From a virus (Duplodnaviria > Caudoviricetes), in IMG/VR virus record IMGVR_UViG_3300037067_007160, positions 1 through 64,000 of that record: DNA of 64,000 nucleotides; one strand, written 5' to 3'. Shown here in pieces: positions 47,401 to 56,122 of the stretch. Position 1 is the stretch's first letter; each line of letters opens with the position of its first letter. The notes under the pieces were generated by a model. It did not search any database, had not been told where the DNA came from, and saw only the letters and a program-made list of their open reading frames with translations. The position numbers and the translations under genes were made by a program.

Positions 47401-47838
47401 ATGAAGAGGAACATAACAAATGACTTAAGTGAACAACAGTGGAGAAAGGTATCAAAAGGTATGGGATGGGCGGCTGCTGCTGGAGCTGTCTTCCTTGCCT
47501 CAAATATGTTTAGGTCAGATGATAACCAGTTTCTTGGAGATAGACCTGGCTTCGGTGGAGAGGCTAGAGACTTTACCTTCACGCGTCCTGAGTATGAAAT
47601 GGGAGGACTTCTTGATACACCATATAAGAATCCATGGAGTAAGAGTAGGGCATACGTAACAATGGCCAATCCTTCAATGAACCAGAAGATGCAACAGTTA
47701 TCTAGAAAAGAGGAGCAAGATATAAGGACTTTCCATGAGGTTATGGGTCTTGAAAAGACTAGAGTTTCGTCATCCTTTAATTATGGAAAACGTGACCTAG
47801 CCGGCTATAGACAGCTTCTCGAAAGATACGGACAGTGA
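41464..47838 (+). CDS. Putative virion RNA polymerase (two-barrel) with DEDDh exonuclease domain (2124 aa)
   Basis: IDTDGDF (DTDGD at 46573-46587) preceded by KFP; exonuclease motifs HIDLEG, YGLFD and HTAFMDA. Confidence 0.6.
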   Translation: MAREEDNLNGIEIAMRTGAGLGLGYAAIHAYRSDYQGMKRSFLGMNLSPTIKRAFTRIWQFSGEFFEHINMEKSLSLPIYMQEIKNDFEITRVIEEINRKRSQIQDIFLGASDAIENIRATALVEGINPEHLVPMLGEFSTFRNNYFGRALWRAEVLTESTFKGRSAAVETGRLESLRVDELESINQQLKIVRDRARQLEYNIRGAKNDIQRIVNLSTSKMGGVSEQRTSEIITDKMQKIRERIDATTRTIGGLADLRPTSNPVPQTPNFKFWTIGGDIRDLKSQISNQRLIGREGLHTISTVVKQMYDDPLLTKNIIGPEKIAQRKTEERLVRREFMANIRDSIRDLQRTGIFSSVEVGVTTEAMDEVVIRATKRGGGELLIPLAINIPKTEAGIRYARRGGKTFFQPFTKQRNILLEQSRQASYMLSDPAFLPQDIDERVKDSLDSIFDRMMLPSKTTLVDAVQSAQVNQRLTHQESELFMGAWDSFRKIQKVKMGRGSILHIDLEGDQIGWSLMDWKGQPIDGYHFAIGTGAVAKTPTHLRSKSLGGHNIVQEIGENELDKVVDALHKTIMKSYGKPIRIASKAYGLFDKEKLNALLTEVDKRSMGGNPKIAALKAALSSDNVIEINNLPRMNGETLQVKGVQLFRIMSRHLRNKPKLRAQMEQLVKKVGIPSFDEIGQMVVEQGHHTAFMDAYMQGIYVEFTRMLQKKDRRAVEREFKKIKEGFLPDRLTVGLYHSELSHLRRLNVSPSASIHGKLDTSGSMLTNPFPDQRPGHEYRQIPSMQLRSISDPVTRRRIQDEYRRLMDAGIEPDLNQILKRELNEIHTKSLVLIDPGGTRYMAKDDFGFSDPLMKSSTWAEAYEEVVDKGSSIEFGIKEGAEVSTGGFVGLRRDEPIAFKSRKHTQKGIVTSIIDNKDGTETIVINRINKLGWGIPVVVGGSQAATVTRSMDDYLPHIGGDFSSFRLAAYAEKNNPGAVMSDMLALMFHHSGMGPNAIVKNDILTKIIMKKMGADPKDARRTRFPMVRDTLSGMMKPDVRGREYWYENFKDMDIGKIVEISEEYKRQVTALGDSFTGSRLIFDEIHKVMGRSEIRETQDKVLRSYGMLMGQKGYIEANVKIASHNMGRPISESAIKSRVNDVRRVLESGDVKSAIALMRNDIKIGEVDDILEQLPAHFGFVRHREDLDARLTWSPATVSWDSVVARDFDTMSGLGELKQLNISMATLEQLSPLRDSKGLLDILRTGIYKSDPIKTYRMFPFSFLSSKETLSGFRRVSRNDVTKHLNKFLDRWMSLPETTRMGNFNGWIPKDAVYNLNGSWMTREAAQSHYGMTSIEFDEAVRDGKATLVDPTVLKSRLRVASDVDQMRRTSMQPFSVEFGRDARLSVEARWSKTNVNIERLLITQASREDYFPVDMVGPGGKKQRYLIESPIQTKTREVLRHILSGAFVNPRDGNTGGPVLQELMDLYQDYTVKLNLKTSLATSMVPVVRFHGSTLFTDLPQLSGGVTTKEEAMKVMMGVFGTKEMDSKMFLRRRGVMPRKEGFIVGVNERDVDKWIGNVFSTLSSDDIKAMANRFLGNVKLGNKSGINPSLYTLRHMAEFGPADGKNFASNALGMIQNIASSKVTGDAARKGWLDLVLKGVTPLSMGGLKFPLADQGKFVGEDFYKAMAYGQDRKNLASRMAIGGSPVGVMPSAAMFQGTIDTDGDFLAFMLGEGVTEKVLKIMESNTFFSEINPIAQVVGTEKGMVQLYDTVNNEFIKRPMGVTTHFTGLNKAESVQAELWTKQAAGKITIFSENIGQYMSRVLSHRGSGLATDLGQETMSKMRLQLRECMGALIEGGALKGKSSSSAGSDAMIEFFDRLSHESGVKEFMGEVETIVRNGDPSDVKVGMFKKLLSPIVGLQDVFEGTKGMDFGDVMIQAARGGRALGSLSAEEILVGTSHRAKDTYKGQMVDAMRNILPDIPTHFTPWKQEGVLTAMKRNITNDLSEQQWRKVSKGMGWAAAAGAVFLASNMFRSDDNQFLGDRPGFGGEARDFTFTRPEYEMGGLLDTPYKNPWSKSRAYVTMANPSMNQKMQQLSRKEEQDIRTFHEVMGLEKTRVSSSFNYGKRDLAGYRQLLERYGQ

Positions 47839-47844
47839 TATAAT
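47835..47844 (+). promoter_or_regulatory. Extended -10 promoter (GTGATATAAT), likely leaderless transcript
   Basis: 6 nt before the ATG at 47851; no RBS. Confidence 0.65.
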
Positions 47845-47850
47845 CAAACT

Positions 47851-47997
47851 ATGGCATTCCAAGTGGTTGTTAAAGTTAGAGATTCAAAAAAGGTAAGAAA
47901 CCTAAGGGCACTCTCCCAACAAATAGCTAGTCTTTTAGAGCAATTTACTGGGAAGAGGACCGTGTTAACTATTAAAGACTTTGGTAAACCAAAATGA
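47851..47997 (+). CDS. Small protein (48 aa, MAFQVVVKVR...TIKDFGKPK)
   Basis: Read by hand; ATGA overlap with the next gene. Confidence 0.6.
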   Translation: MAFQVVVKVRDSKKVRNLRALSQQIASLLEQFTGKRTVLTIKDFGKPK

Positions 47998-48278
47998 AGA
48001 AACTCTGCAAGCATTGTATGATAGAAAAAGATTATTGTGAATTTAATAAGAATTCACATACAAAAGATGGTATAAACTATATATGTAAGTTATGTGTTAG
48101 TATATATAATAAGAAATATCATGATCATAATACTGGTAACGTTCATGGTTTACTTTGTAGTTCATGCAACACAGCCATTGGATTACTGTATGATAATCTT
48201 AGTATAGCAGAATCTGTTGTTGCCTATTTGAAAGACCATTTTATTATAACTGTCAAGGACTTCTCTAATGCTAAATGA
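47994..48278 (+). pseudogene. Internally deleted endonuclease VII-like homing endonuclease
   Basis: N-terminal CxxC...CxxC finger joined directly to HDHNTGNVHGLLCSSCNTAIG. The usual preceding CxxC and VD are missing; AT-rich. Confidence 0.6.
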
Positions 48279-51200
48279 TAGGATCAGTCTAGACTACACA
48301 AAGGAACTTGGTGAAGCCTTCGAAAAGGAGAAGGCTTCACGAGGTGCCTTTACAGGTGAAGTTGAGAGAGTTATTGATGGTGATACCTTTGTCCTAGCTG
48401 GTCGCCAGCAACATGTTCGTCTAAAGGGAGTTAATGCACCAGAAAGAAATTGGAGCAAACTAACATCATCCGAGAAGAAAACTCTTGCTGATGTTGATGG
48501 TGAGAATTCCTATAAGGAACTTCAAGATATCCTTGATGGAAAGAGAGTTAAACTCAGTAGTGTAGAGGCACAATCTGGCAAGAATCATTATGGTGAACGT
48601 ATTACTGCCCTAGTATATACATTGGATGGTACTTTTGTCAATGCTGAAATAATTAGAAGAGGATGGGCTGTACCAGAACCAGATTTCGCATCCCAGATAC
48701 CATATGATGAGATGATTATGTTGGATCAGGCTGTAAAGGAGGCAAGGACAAATAAGCGCGGCCTCTGGTCAAAGGACCCTGGTAGCAAACTTCTAGAGCA
48801 ATTCATACCTATTTCACCGACAAATCTTGATCCTATAGACAAACTGGAAGAATACAGAAACATTCCTGGTGCAACTAGGCTAGGAACCATGTGGCTATAT
48901 GTTCCTCCTGCCCAGATAACAATAACAGAACATAACTCTAATGTAGAGTGGCCTACTATGCGCACACCTGGTACGCCACGACTGCGTTCTACTCAACAGG
49001 AACAACGCATTGAAATGGTTGTCATCTTTCCTAATATGTGGAGTATTAACTACCAGTTAAGACCTTTAATTGCTCAGTTCATTAGATCACCATTTCTTCC
49101 ACTTGAAAATGATCATATTAGGAGTATGGTCATGCCAAGTTATCTGAACTCTGTTGAGAGTGTTTCTGAGCAACTTGGATCAAGGTTCGACGATAAAACA
49201 AAGATATCCAAGTTAATAGCAAAACGGCAGGAAGAGGAAGGAAAGAGGATAGCTGAAGATCTTGGAAAGATGTCACTAGGATCCGTGGCTGACAACCAGT
49301 ATCAGGTAAAGCAAAAACCATCAGCAACGAAAGTTGATGATAGACAACTATTTATTGCTCTTAGAAATATCGTAGTAGCAACAATACCAGGAACGCCAGA
49401 AGCTCTCCAAGTAACGTTTACTATGACAGTTTTTAATTACCTACCACATATGGAGAAGGTTGAGTATCTTAGAAAGATGCCAGATCTAGAGAATCAACTT
49501 AAGTATCTTCAGATCATTGCTAATATGCGATTTCCAGATACTGTTAATAAACAGGCCCTCAACATAATAAATAGTTGTGGAACAACGACGAATGCATCAG
49601 ATAGCGAACCTTTCAAACGCTACTATAAAACTCTTCTTTCTGAGACACAGATAGGACAGACTGCTACTCCTGTATCATGGGTAAAAGGCATGATGCCTCG
49701 TCTCTCTCCTCTACAGTCTTCTAGTATGTATAGATTCAAGTTTATTCTACCAACAAATACACTATCAGCTGAGGATGTTGCTAGAAATCAAGATGAGATT
49801 GGTACATTAGAGACGCTTATTCAGAATAAGATAACAGAAGCTATAAGGGCTAGAACGAGAAAATTACTTGGAAATGATCTTGTAAATGATACAGTAGGTC
49901 AATTACTTAAGTCAACTACGGCCGTAATGAGAATATATAGTGACTTTCTTGTAAGAGAACTTCCAAGATCAGTAAAGAACTTTGAAACAAAACTATCTAA
50001 TAAGGAAAGTTTCTCTGTTAGTTTTGGTGACTATCTTGATGCAAATTCGACCGACCTACTTACATCCATCAAAGGTACTATGCTTACTGATAAGTCAACT
50101 GCCTATGATATTCTAAAGGCTGCCATTGGTGACGCTATAATAGGAGCTGATGATATCATACGGGCCACAAAGAGAATATTTGAACTTGATAGTAGGAATG
50201 TTGTGGGAACAAAGGGAACAACAATGGAAGTTGTTGTTGAAAACAACGGAAGTACAACCATAACAGGAGCCAGTGCCACATTCTCTCCTACCATAGTTCC
50301 TATCTCCATAGTTGACCATATTATGCCATCCTGCCAATTCTTAGGAAGAAGTGACTGGATGATGTCGATCAATCTTATGACAAATGACTTTACGCTTGTT
50401 CGAAGGCTTGCCACAATGAGCCAAGTTGGAAGATTAAGTCAGATAGCGAATGAACGGTCTGGGATTAGGTGGTTCATGGTTAAACTAAACTCTACAATGG
50501 TCCCAATGCTTCCAAATGCCAATGGTCTATTTTCCTACCTAGGAATAAGTAGAGTCCTATTTGAGGACTGCGTCTACGAATCAGTGAAGGAAAAGCCAGG
50601 TTGGTTTAATGTATCTCTTAGATTAGTGCAATCAGATATCGATATGGCCGAGTATGAGAGTCTGATACCAACGAACAAAGTAAGAGCTGAGGTTGTTAGA
50701 AGCATAATAAATAACATTGCTAGTGGAACTGTTTCATCTAACAAGAATAAGACAGTTCAAAGAATGTTTAATACTGTCAAGGCCGTTTTTAGACAGTCTA
50801 TGAAGATCTTTAGCACTCTCAGTCTAGTCGATGCAACTGAAGAGGATATCGATGAGCTATCAGATATGCCTGAAGTAATAGGTGGAACCATACGGGCAAT
50901 GGATAATCTTGAGAAATGGTCAGAACATGTGAAGAAACTTCTCATAAGTAAGGATAATAGATACTTTCAAACTGACACACATATTTCTGGTAATGATGTT
51001 GATGGATACGCCATCATTAAAGACGAGGACACAAGTGCTCCTTGGTTCTTTGATGAAAGAGCTCGTATATCCAGACTTACCTTCCAACAGGCGATAAACT
51101 CGGCTGTCATAACTGCTATAGCAACAGATCCAGAAGGAATACTTGAGATATACGATCCAACATTAGCTAAGGCTTCCGAAAGTCAGAGAATGCATGCTAT

Positions 51201-54200
51201 AAAACTTCTAACCTTTTCCAGTGATATAAGGACGACAAGTCCACTTCATGGTTGTTATCCAGATCTTGAACTTCCCTCATATACAGTAGATCCACTTATC
51301 GTTGGTCCAGACTTCTTCTACAAAAAGGAAGAGAGGATTGCTCCAGAAGCAACAAGGATCGTATCAGATAGATTGGAAAGCCTATATAAGAATGCCCTAT
51401 CGACAATGGGTAGAGTAAAGGCCACTGGAGAAGTTGGAAAGAAGGCAGAAGAAGCAATGAATAGCCTTCCAGGAGACATAATACCTGACATCCGCCTATA
51501 TTCTCTTTATAAACAAGTGAAGGAACAACAAGGATCCGAGGAAATAGTAAATAGTAGTGGGTCTAGTGCGGACGAAGTATATAAGAATGTCAAAAGAATA
51601 ATGGAATCTGGAAAGATAACAATGCCTTCCGATGAGGAGGATAAGACTCTTATAGATGAACTAGATGCCCAAGAATACGCAAATGTATCGGCTAAGGAAC
51701 AGGTATCAATGTATCGTGTATCTCTTGCCTTTAGGATAGCAACTCTTCAGGACATGATTAAGCAAGGAGCGGAGAAGGAAGAGTCTGTTCGCTATCTAAC
51801 AAAACAGAGGGATACGTTACTTGAAGAGTACAACGCAATACCAAAGTATGCCTCAGTTGGTACGGATGCTATGCAAAATATATGGGGAGTTGCTACTCCT
51901 TCAACTATAAAGAGAAGCTATCTTTATATGCAAAAGGCAGCCGAGGCCAAAGTCCTAAGGGCTAGGTCTGAGGAAGTATCTGGATCGCTAGCTAGGGTAT
52001 ATCCTACCATGAAACTCTACTTTATTGAAGAGGATCCTCACGAGTGGCAACTCTTTGATGACTACTATGAGTACTCATCCATTCGTAGTGCCCAGGTAGT
52101 GATGTCCGATGATTCAGCTTCAAAAGTGGCAACAATTCAGATATCTAACATTACACAAAGACTAACGGACGCAAAACCTGGTCTTACTGAAGTCTCATCA
52201 GCTGATCAAACTTCACAGGAACAAACTCTTACCTCATTCCTTCTTAGAGAAGGAATGACAATTATGATTAGAATGGGTTATAGTAATGATCCTTTACTTC
52301 TAGAAAGAGTATTCTTTGGAAAGGTTGTCTCGGTCTCTCCTGGTGATACGATACAGATAGTAGCTCAGTCCTTTGGTGCGGAATTCATGTCACAAGTATT
52401 TAATGGAGAGGAAAGAAATCTTGGCTATCTTGGCACAACACGTAGTCATGGAGATGTCCTATCAGTAGCCATGAGTGATATGGATGGGCTTGACCACTTT
52501 GGTAATAGAAATTGGTTAGAAATGCTTAGATTGAAGGATCCGACATTCGCCAGCCCAACCTTTGAAGGTTTTGCCTATAGCAATCCAAAGTATAAGAAGT
52601 GGGACTACTATACATCTATCATTAATCCAATTAAGAAACTTATACAGTTTGGTGTGTATGATCCTAGATTTGAGAATATGTATATTCCATTTAGTGGTAA
52701 CACTTGGAGTGGAACAGCTCAGATAGCAATGACAGCAATGGCAGCAAGCGTTGGAGCGCCAGCAGCACTTCTTGCTTTTCCTGCATATATAACAGCCAAA
52801 ATAATGGGAAAGGAAACACCATCACTCTCAAAGGCTAAAGGAGATGAGTGTTTCGACTGGTATACGACTCCTGGAACTACACTATGGGATATGATGCAGG
52901 AAATGGCTCTCTACTATGAAGATTACATAGTAACTACCCTACCGTATAATGAGGATATTGCAGGCTGGCAGAGGGAGACAATCTATATTGGTCCACGAAG
53001 TGGATACTATAAGTATACTGAGCGATTTGATGATGAGAAGACAGCATCTGATATGTTCAAGAAGAATAAAGAGATGTACGATCTTCCACTTGAATTTTCG
53101 GATAGTAATCGTGCGAAACAAAAGCAAATGGTGTTGCAAAAGATGGCAGAAGATAGGGGAATGAACGGTGGTATCACCGATGGAAAGATCATTACATATA
53201 GTGTAAGAAATGTAAGCGATCCATTTATAACGACCAGAGATGATGCTGGTGTAGTTGTAGCAACGAACTACGGTGGTTCCTACCATCCTTCATACGGTTA
53301 CTACGTAATTATTGAGATGACAGATAATAGAAGTGTTGAGATCGTCAGAGAGGGAACAAAGAACTATACGATGGTCTATGGCCTATCTGATCCAAAGGAT
53401 CTTGTTGATATTATATTTGTAAATGAAAGTATTGGCCAGGGTCAGACACTTGGATATTGCGATACCAACGTGAAGCAGATATTTATCCAGCCAAAAACAG
53501 CTGCTATTCCAAATATAAATACAGTATGGGGCAACTATATTAATATGGTAGAGAAGAATGTTGACTATGAACTTAAACAGTTCGTATCTGTCTCCTCTGA
53601 TGCCACAGTAAAGACATCAATATTAGGATTACCAGTTAATGCTAATGTATCAGATGTAACAAGAACAAGACCTAGTGAGTCTCAAAAAGATGCTGCGAAG
53701 TATACTATTAATATAAAGAACCCTGAACATATTATAGATTCTGAAGGAAAACCAGCTAAGGGATATGCTTCAGTCGTAAATTACCACTGGGTTGATAGTC
53801 GACATGATATTATAGAAAACACAATAATGGCAACAGCAGAGAATCTCCATAATAAGGTTACCATTAGATTTCCTGATGATCCGGGTTCTGGTACAGATAA
53901 TGAGTTTACTATGGTTGCTGATGACAATATAAAACCAGGAAATCTACGCCATCTCATTGTTAAGGCACCAAATATCGATCCTGTTTCATGGGAGTTTGGC
54001 CAGAAGTTCTATCAGCTTGTTATGAAGAATCCTCTTAGGGCTGTCCCTAGTGTTGGTATTATGCCGGCAAAATATACAGTTACGGCAAATATCCTCGCTA
54101 ATGAAATGAGGAAGATGTATGGTGGATATCTGAGAATCTGGGGCCGACCATCTATCAAACCCTTTGATGTTGTATATATGAACGATATGAGCAATCAGAT

Positions 54201-55023
54201 GTTTGGACCATTCGAAGTTGGACAAGTTATCCATGACTTTAATATGGAAAGTGGATTTACCACTATGCTCATACCTAGAGCCGTCATCAATGTAAGGAAT
54301 AGGGAACGTATGTGGCATGATATAGCCCTTAATGGTCTTATTGTTCCCTACTTCAATACACGTCTCTACAAGTTTGCCCTCTTTGGTGTTGATCCTATTG
54401 GAGCTGCAGCTGGTGCATTCCTTAGCTCATCAAAGGGTATAAAGGCCGTGAAGGGAACTAGCAAACTTGGTGTAAAGGTAGCAGCTACTCTTACCAGGAA
54501 GACGCCATTTGTTGGTTCATCAGTCGAAGCTGCCCAACAACTGGGAAAGACTATAGTCGATACTGTAAAATCGTATGGGGCAAAAGCTGCAGGAGCAACT
54601 GCAAGTGCCGCTAATAAGCTGAAAGGAACGGGAAGTCTAGCTAGTTATCTAACAGAGAATAGCCTTTCTGCAACAAGACAGGCTACAGCATCAGCTGCCG
54701 TTAGAGCAAAGGCAACAGCAGCCGTTGCAAAGGGAACAAAGTTCGCTAGCAGTGTATTTGGAACTGCTGCGCAAAATGCCCTTGGTCTTACCCAAATAGC
54801 GACCTTGGCCGCTGTTGGTGTTATGTGGAGCAAATCCGTTGATAAGATTATGGGTCGTGATATAATAAACGTGACAGGACTATGGTACAACGGTGCTCCA
54901 CTAACTGCGGGCATGGAGGGTGCATATAAGGATAGTTATAGGACTCACTTCATGGATACTGTCTCCAGTTGGTTTACTATATCATCACAGCAGGATACGT
55001 TCAAGGGGTCGGCTGAACAATGA
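48268..55023 (+). CDS. Giant baseplate hub-like protein with N-terminal thermonuclease (SNase) domain (2251 aa)
   Basis: VERVIDGDT, VRLKGVNAPE, YGER, VNAEIIRRGWA and ARTNKRGLWS; hub-like IRMGY...VFFGKV and IWGRPSIKPFD...VIHDF...GFTT. Confidence 0.7.
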   Translation: MLNDRISLDYTKELGEAFEKEKASRGAFTGEVERVIDGDTFVLAGRQQHVRLKGVNAPERNWSKLTSSEKKTLADVDGENSYKELQDILDGKRVKLSSVEAQSGKNHYGERITALVYTLDGTFVNAEIIRRGWAVPEPDFASQIPYDEMIMLDQAVKEARTNKRGLWSKDPGSKLLEQFIPISPTNLDPIDKLEEYRNIPGATRLGTMWLYVPPAQITITEHNSNVEWPTMRTPGTPRLRSTQQEQRIEMVVIFPNMWSINYQLRPLIAQFIRSPFLPLENDHIRSMVMPSYLNSVESVSEQLGSRFDDKTKISKLIAKRQEEEGKRIAEDLGKMSLGSVADNQYQVKQKPSATKVDDRQLFIALRNIVVATIPGTPEALQVTFTMTVFNYLPHMEKVEYLRKMPDLENQLKYLQIIANMRFPDTVNKQALNIINSCGTTTNASDSEPFKRYYKTLLSETQIGQTATPVSWVKGMMPRLSPLQSSSMYRFKFILPTNTLSAEDVARNQDEIGTLETLIQNKITEAIRARTRKLLGNDLVNDTVGQLLKSTTAVMRIYSDFLVRELPRSVKNFETKLSNKESFSVSFGDYLDANSTDLLTSIKGTMLTDKSTAYDILKAAIGDAIIGADDIIRATKRIFELDSRNVVGTKGTTMEVVVENNGSTTITGASATFSPTIVPISIVDHIMPSCQFLGRSDWMMSINLMTNDFTLVRRLATMSQVGRLSQIANERSGIRWFMVKLNSTMVPMLPNANGLFSYLGISRVLFEDCVYESVKEKPGWFNVSLRLVQSDIDMAEYESLIPTNKVRAEVVRSIINNIASGTVSSNKNKTVQRMFNTVKAVFRQSMKIFSTLSLVDATEEDIDELSDMPEVIGGTIRAMDNLEKWSEHVKKLLISKDNRYFQTDTHISGNDVDGYAIIKDEDTSAPWFFDERARISRLTFQQAINSAVITAIATDPEGILEIYDPTLAKASESQRMHAIKLLTFSSDIRTTSPLHGCYPDLELPSYTVDPLIVGPDFFYKKEERIAPEATRIVSDRLESLYKNALSTMGRVKATGEVGKKAEEAMNSLPGDIIPDIRLYSLYKQVKEQQGSEEIVNSSGSSADEVYKNVKRIMESGKITMPSDEEDKTLIDELDAQEYANVSAKEQVSMYRVSLAFRIATLQDMIKQGAEKEESVRYLTKQRDTLLEEYNAIPKYASVGTDAMQNIWGVATPSTIKRSYLYMQKAAEAKVLRARSEEVSGSLARVYPTMKLYFIEEDPHEWQLFDDYYEYSSIRSAQVVMSDDSASKVATIQISNITQRLTDAKPGLTEVSSADQTSQEQTLTSFLLREGMTIMIRMGYSNDPLLLERVFFGKVVSVSPGDTIQIVAQSFGAEFMSQVFNGEERNLGYLGTTRSHGDVLSVAMSDMDGLDHFGNRNWLEMLRLKDPTFASPTFEGFAYSNPKYKKWDYYTSIINPIKKLIQFGVYDPRFENMYIPFSGNTWSGTAQIAMTAMAASVGAPAALLAFPAYITAKIMGKETPSLSKAKGDECFDWYTTPGTTLWDMMQEMALYYEDYIVTTLPYNEDIAGWQRETIYIGPRSGYYKYTERFDDEKTASDMFKKNKEMYDLPLEFSDSNRAKQKQMVLQKMAEDRGMNGGITDGKIITYSVRNVSDPFITTRDDAGVVVATNYGGSYHPSYGYYVIIEMTDNRSVEIVREGTKNYTMVYGLSDPKDLVDIIFVNESIGQGQTLGYCDTNVKQIFIQPKTAAIPNINTVWGNYINMVEKNVDYELKQFVSVSSDATVKTSILGLPVNANVSDVTRTRPSESQKDAAKYTINIKNPEHIIDSEGKPAKGYASVVNYHWVDSRHDIIENTIMATAENLHNKVTIRFPDDPGSGTDNEFTMVADDNIKPGNLRHLIVKAPNIDPVSWEFGQKFYQLVMKNPLRAVPSVGIMPAKYTVTANILANEMRKMYGGYLRIWGRPSIKPFDVVYMNDMSNQMFGPFEVGQVIHDFNMESGFTTMLIPRAVINVRNRERMWHDIALNGLIVPYFNTRLYKFALFGVDPIGAAAGAFLSSSKGIKAVKGTSKLGVKVAATLTRKTPFVGSSVEAAQQLGKTIVDTVKSYGAKAAGATASAANKLKGTGSLASYLTENSLSATRQATASAAVRAKATAAVAKGTKFASSVFGTAAQNALGLTQIATLAAVGVMWSKSVDKIMGRDIINVTGLWYNGAPLTAGMEGAYKDSYRTHFMDTVSSWFTISSQQDTFKGSAEQ

Positions 55024-55676
55024 AGACAATTCTTGTAAAGAACTGGGTAATTGTTGAGCAGGAAAGTCCTGGAAAGAAACATCCTTCATTCTCTGTTGTC
55101 ATTGCTGATAGTGAGATTTCATCTAAGGCAATTCAGGTACGTCTTCCCTATAGTGCAGTAGCTGATACAACTATAGATCCTGAAACACATGACCTTTTTA
55201 TTGTAACTGAGAAGTTAAAGTCGAATACAACAAAGCTAAATAAAAATTCCATCTTCTTTCGAGAGAAGACGGATACTGAAGTAGGTGGTGCCCTACACCA
55301 ATCAACATTCAACAATACTCCCATAGGTTCCGTCTTTGGGACAAAGATATCAAGTAAAAGGAAGACAATAGTCGATCCTGTAACAGGATCTAATGTGACA
55401 GTCGGGCAGGAAGGAACAGCTATAGGAAGCCCTGGCAGAGAGATTCTAGCTGGTAAGAGTGGAACGATGTTCATGTCGGGAAGTCCAATAGTCCCATCTC
55501 TACCTGAACAGGATGGAATACTTATAAAGGAGAATGGTCTATCGGCCCTTATGCCTAGATGTTTCGTTCCTCCATTCTGCATGCCCCGCTTCCTACCAAA
55601 TCTACAATTTTTGGCACAGGTTACTGGTTTTATTGGACTACTTAAGGCCATCTCTGAGATTCGGAAGGAAAAATAA
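55020..55676 (+). CDS. Hypothetical baseplate-region protein (possible spike)
   Basis: Position between the hub and the gp25-like gene. Confidence 0.45.
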   Translation: MKTILVKNWVIVEQESPGKKHPSFSVVIADSEISSKAIQVRLPYSAVADTTIDPETHDLFIVTEKLKSNTTKLNKNSIFFREKTDTEVGGALHQSTFNNTPIGSVFGTKISSKRKTIVDPVTGSNVTVGQEGTAIGSPGREILAGKSGTMFMSGSPIVPSLPEQDGILIKENGLSALMPRCFVPPFCMPRFLPNLQFLAQVTGFIGLLKAISEIRKEK

Positions 55677-56119
55677 TGATTGGGACTGATATAAAACTTA
55701 CTTATGAAGGCAGTTCTGTAATAACGAATGGAGATTTTAGTCTCGATTCTGATCTTGATAGCGCATTTACAAACCGTTTACTTAGAGCATCAAAGGGAGC
55801 ATGGCTTTATGATCCTGATATGGGAATTGGACTCCAAGACTATGCTGGTCTTCCAAACACTGCAGAAACAGGTTCTACAATAGAAGATGCTGTTGTAACT
55901 GGTTTGGCCAAGGCTGGTATAAATGCTCACTGTACTGTCTATCCAACTTCATTTGATACCGTAGCCATTGTTATAACAGTGTTTACGGCAGGTGGTACTA
56001 GAAGTGTAACTTATAGTTTTAACTATGAGGATGCCATAGTAACATATCTGGAAAGTGAGACACAGGATACAGTGTTCACGACAAGGAAATCTTCAAATAT
56101 CTATGATCAGCGGAGATAA
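55676..56119 (+). CDS. gp25/GPW-like baseplate wedge protein
   Basis: NGDFSL...RLL...GAWLYDPDMGIGL pattern. Confidence 0.7.
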   Translation: MIGTDIKLTYEGSSVITNGDFSLDSDLDSAFTNRLLRASKGAWLYDPDMGIGLQDYAGLPNTAETGSTIEDAVVTGLAKAGINAHCTVYPTSFDTVAIVITVFTAGGTRSVTYSFNYEDAIVTYLESETQDTVFTTRKSSNIYDQRR

Positions 56120-56122
56120 TAA

